64,000 nucleotides of DNA. It comes from Candidatus Absconditabacterales bacterium. GTDB taxonomy: Bacteria; Patescibacteriota; Gracilibacteria; Absconditabacterales; Absconditicoccaceae. The DNA lies in NCBI GenBank assembly GCA_041908765.1, contig JAYREU010000039.1, positions 7,618-71,617 of the forward strand. The letters are read 5' to 3'. Within the stretch, counting starts at the first letter, position 1, and each line of letters starts with the position of its first letter. The notes under the pieces were generated by a model that saw only the letters and a list, made by a program, of their open reading frames with translations, was not told the origin of the DNA and searched no databases. Position numbers and translations under genes: made by a program. Below, in pieces: positions 61,442 to 64,000 of the stretch.

Positions 61442-63295
61442 ATGGATCTCGACGCATATATACAACGTATTATTGAACTGCACCCTGAGTTTACCGCTGA
61501 TGAAATTTTGGAAATCTGTCAGGATCGTCTTGCACAAATGGGCTCCAAAACCAAGGAATCCAATAAACTTCCCATACTGCTAAAGTATCTCAGCGCCACG
61601 TTTGGTGTTGATTTTGATGCAACTGGTATGAAAAAAAGCACCTCTCGTTTTAAATCAATCCCCAAGCGATTGTTGCAAGGGTCTAGTGAGAGAGTCTGAC
61701 TTCCGGTTGTCCAAATAAAAAACCTTTCCAAACAGCTGTGATCAACTATCCTTTTCGAGGATGCGTCCTTACAAATTCTAACAGGGAGTAAGGTAGCAGT
61801 AATTGGTAGAAACGGTGCGTGAAAGTCAACTTTATTGAAACTCATCCTGTGACGTGAGGAGGCGGACGCAGGAGAAATCATGTTACCCAAATGAATCAAG
61901 ATCGGCTTTCTCTCCCAAGATATGTTTCGAGAAAACAAAGAGCGTACCGTAGCTGAAGAAATGCTCACTACCTTGCCTGACGTCACGGCTCATATGCAGG
62001 AGCGACTTGAACTGCAACAACGTATTGCGCAGAATGATCCCGAGAGCTTACTCTTGCTCGAACGTCAGACAGAACTGAGCGACCGATTGATACAGCATGA
62101 TGGCTTTGTCTTGTATGATTTACAGACGACTATTTTGCAAGCATTTGGGTTCAGTGATGCACAATTACAATTTCCTCTCCGGCAACTGAGTGGAGGAGAG
62201 CAAACCAAAGTGCAGATAGCAAAATTTTTATTACAACAGGTGGATCTGTTGATTTTTGATGAACCAACTAACCATCTCGATATCGAAGGTATTACCTTCC
62301 TCGAGCAGTTTTGTAGTGCTTGGGGAAAGACCTTACTGTGTATTTCTCATGACAAAAGATTTCTCAATACTGTTTTCGATCAAGTGGTGGAAATTGCAGA
62401 TCATCAGCTCAATCGATACAAAGGAAACTATGACAGCTATCTTGATCAGAAAATTGCAAAATACGAACAACAACTCAAGGAGTTTAAAAATCAACAAAAA
62501 TATATGGAGCAACAAGAAGAGTTTATCAACAGGTTTAGATACAAAGCCAGCAAGGCTGCGCAAGTGCAAAGTAGAATTAAAATGCTCGATAAAGTAGAAC
62601 AGCTCGACGCTCCAGAAGATATGCATACAGCCAAGGGTATTCATCTCAAGCGCAGTGAAAGAAGGCTTCCTGCTACTATTTTGACGATACATGAAGGAGT
62701 AGTTTGATACGAGAACCCCTTGGTGCACTTACCCAAAAAATTGGAAGTGACTAAAGATATGCAAATTGGTATCATGGGCAAAAATGGTGTGTGAAAAACG
62801 ACACTTATCAATTCGCTCCTTGGAGAGAACACGCTTTTGCAATGATCATGTAAGATCTATCCAACGTTGACGATTGGCTCGTATGGCCAGATTGTAGAAG
62901 CCATGGACGGCACCAAAACGGTCCTTGATGAACTGCTCGGACCCGGAGCAAGTATGAAGGAAATATTAGGTATTTTGGGAGCACTCTCTGTTGCTGCTGA
63001 AAAAGTCCATCAAAAAATAGGTAGTCTTTCGGGTGGTGAAAAAGCAAAAGTAGCACTTACCAAAATGCTCCTCACCAAACCAGATGTCATCATCATGGAT
63101 GAACCAACGAATCACTTAGATATTTTATCCAAGGAGAGTATTATTATGATGTTGCAACAATTCACGGGCGTGAGTCTGATTATTTCTCATGATAGAGACT
63201 TCCTCAGCCAAGTAGCTAATCATCTGTGGTTGATTGAAGACCAACAACTCACGGTCTACCACGATGTAGAGAAGGGGTTTGAGGCGATTGGATAA
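61442..63295 (+). CDS. ABC-F family ATPase (two ABC domains) with an N-terminal extension
   Basis: GRNGAGKST (TGA 61820-61822 read as Gly), LSGGEQTK, GKNGVGKTT and LSGGEKAK. Three fragments lie in one frame. Confidence 0.85.
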
Positions 63296-63424
63296 CAAAA
63301 ATAGCAGTGCTCAATAGTGATTTTCTTATATTGACAATTTATTTGCATTATATATAAACGCATCATCAGGGAAAATCCTGAATGTGTTCATTACCAGTAA
63401 TAAAAAAATCTAAACAATAAACGT

Positions 63425-63676
63425 ATGAAAAAAAAACTTTCCGACAGGGACTTGAAAAAACAGATAGAGAAGTCTGACCAAAACTTTTATAAAGGAGCAG
63501 CAATTTTATTGTTGTTTATCTTTGTATGCAATGTATTATTCTTAGTCTTTACCGCACCAAAGTTGGTGGAAGCACATCCAGAGCTACTCTTTGTCAATCT
63601 CCTGTTGCTCCCTTTTGCTGATGAAGTGTGGGAGTTTAGTAAACTATTTGATCACACTTCGCAAGAAAACAATTAA
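63425..63676 (+). CDS. small hypothetical membrane protein
   Basis: 83 aa with hydrophobic helices, ATG start and TAA stop. Confidence 0.35.
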   Translation: MKKKLSDRDLKKQIEKSDQNFYKGAAILLLFIFVCNVLFLVFTAPKLVEAHPELLFVNLLLLPFADEVWEFSKLFDHTSQENN

Positions 63677-63685
63677 ATCAAAATT

Positions 63686-64000
63686 ATGAATACGTACAAA
63701 AAAATTGTGCACATCCTCGGGGGTGGCACGTTCAGTCATGTGAGAAATCACTTGTCGTTGGCAATGCCAGCTTTTGGTGAAACTGCCAGAGCGCTGGAGT
63801 TGCATTGTAAGGAGCGATTCAAGGATATGGATGTTTGGTTACAGTTGACCAAAATGGCAGACCATAAGTCATTTTTAGTGACCAACCATAATGTAGCCGA
63901 GTATGTAGCTCAGATCAAAGAGGACTTCCGGACAAAAGTCATTTTCTTCAATGTAGGTATGTGTGATTATACTGGCAAAATTGATGGAGTACTCTCGCAC
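63686..64000 (+). CDS. hypothetical protein, 5' partial at window edge
   Basis: MNTYKKIVHILGGGTFSHVRNH... is open to the end of the window. It has only a weak Rossmann-like, DFP/CoaB-type resemblance. Confidence 0.3.
   Translation, partial: MNTYKKIVHILGGGTFSHVRNHLSLAMPAFGETARALELHCKERFKDMDVWLQLTKMADHKSFLVTNHNVAEYVAQIKEDFRTKVIFFNVGMCDYTGKIDGVLSH

Overview
This is a 64-kb, moderately AT-rich, gene-dense bacterial fragment. It only makes sense if TGA is read as glycine (translation table 25), as in Candidatus Gracilibacteria / Absconditabacteria (SR1)-type CPR bacteria. The supplied ORF track used the standard code, so it breaks almost every gene into pieces. Reading through TGA (stops only at TAA/TAG) restores full-length housekeeping genes: infB, pth, rplI, cca, gdh, clpC, icd, glyQS, tsaE, nfo, ruvC, leuS, murF, moxR, an ABC-F ATPase and a P-type ATPase. 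All coordinates below are my own table-25 reconstructions done by hand, so start codons are less certain than frames and stops. The main accessory locus is 12.9-22.8 kb. It holds a diversity-generating retroelement (DGR): an 86-nt template repeat, two adenine-mutated variable repeats and a DGR-type reverse transcriptase. Its target is a roughly 1476-aa AAA+ (MoxR/AAA_5-like) ATPase. A DUF4143 ATPase and a convergent HExxH-metallopeptidase/vWA protein sit next to it. Other unusual items:
- leuS carries two in-frame insertions, a complete DUF559 (Vsr-like) endonuclease cassette bounded by 36-nt inverted repeats, and a complete Nudix domain.
- An 8.8-kb ORF encodes a roughly 2938-aa surface protein with two S8 proteases, three thioredoxin-like domains, a dockerin-like segment and SLH domains.
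- Short GC-rich palindromic elements sit in frame inside ORFs.
- A roughly 150-nt structured repeat is present in two copies, with compensatory base changes between them.
- Phased CAAAT octamer arrays lie at gene boundaries.
- A P-type ATPase has its phospho-acceptor Asp replaced by Gly.
I saw no rRNA, tRNA or CRISPR array by eye.
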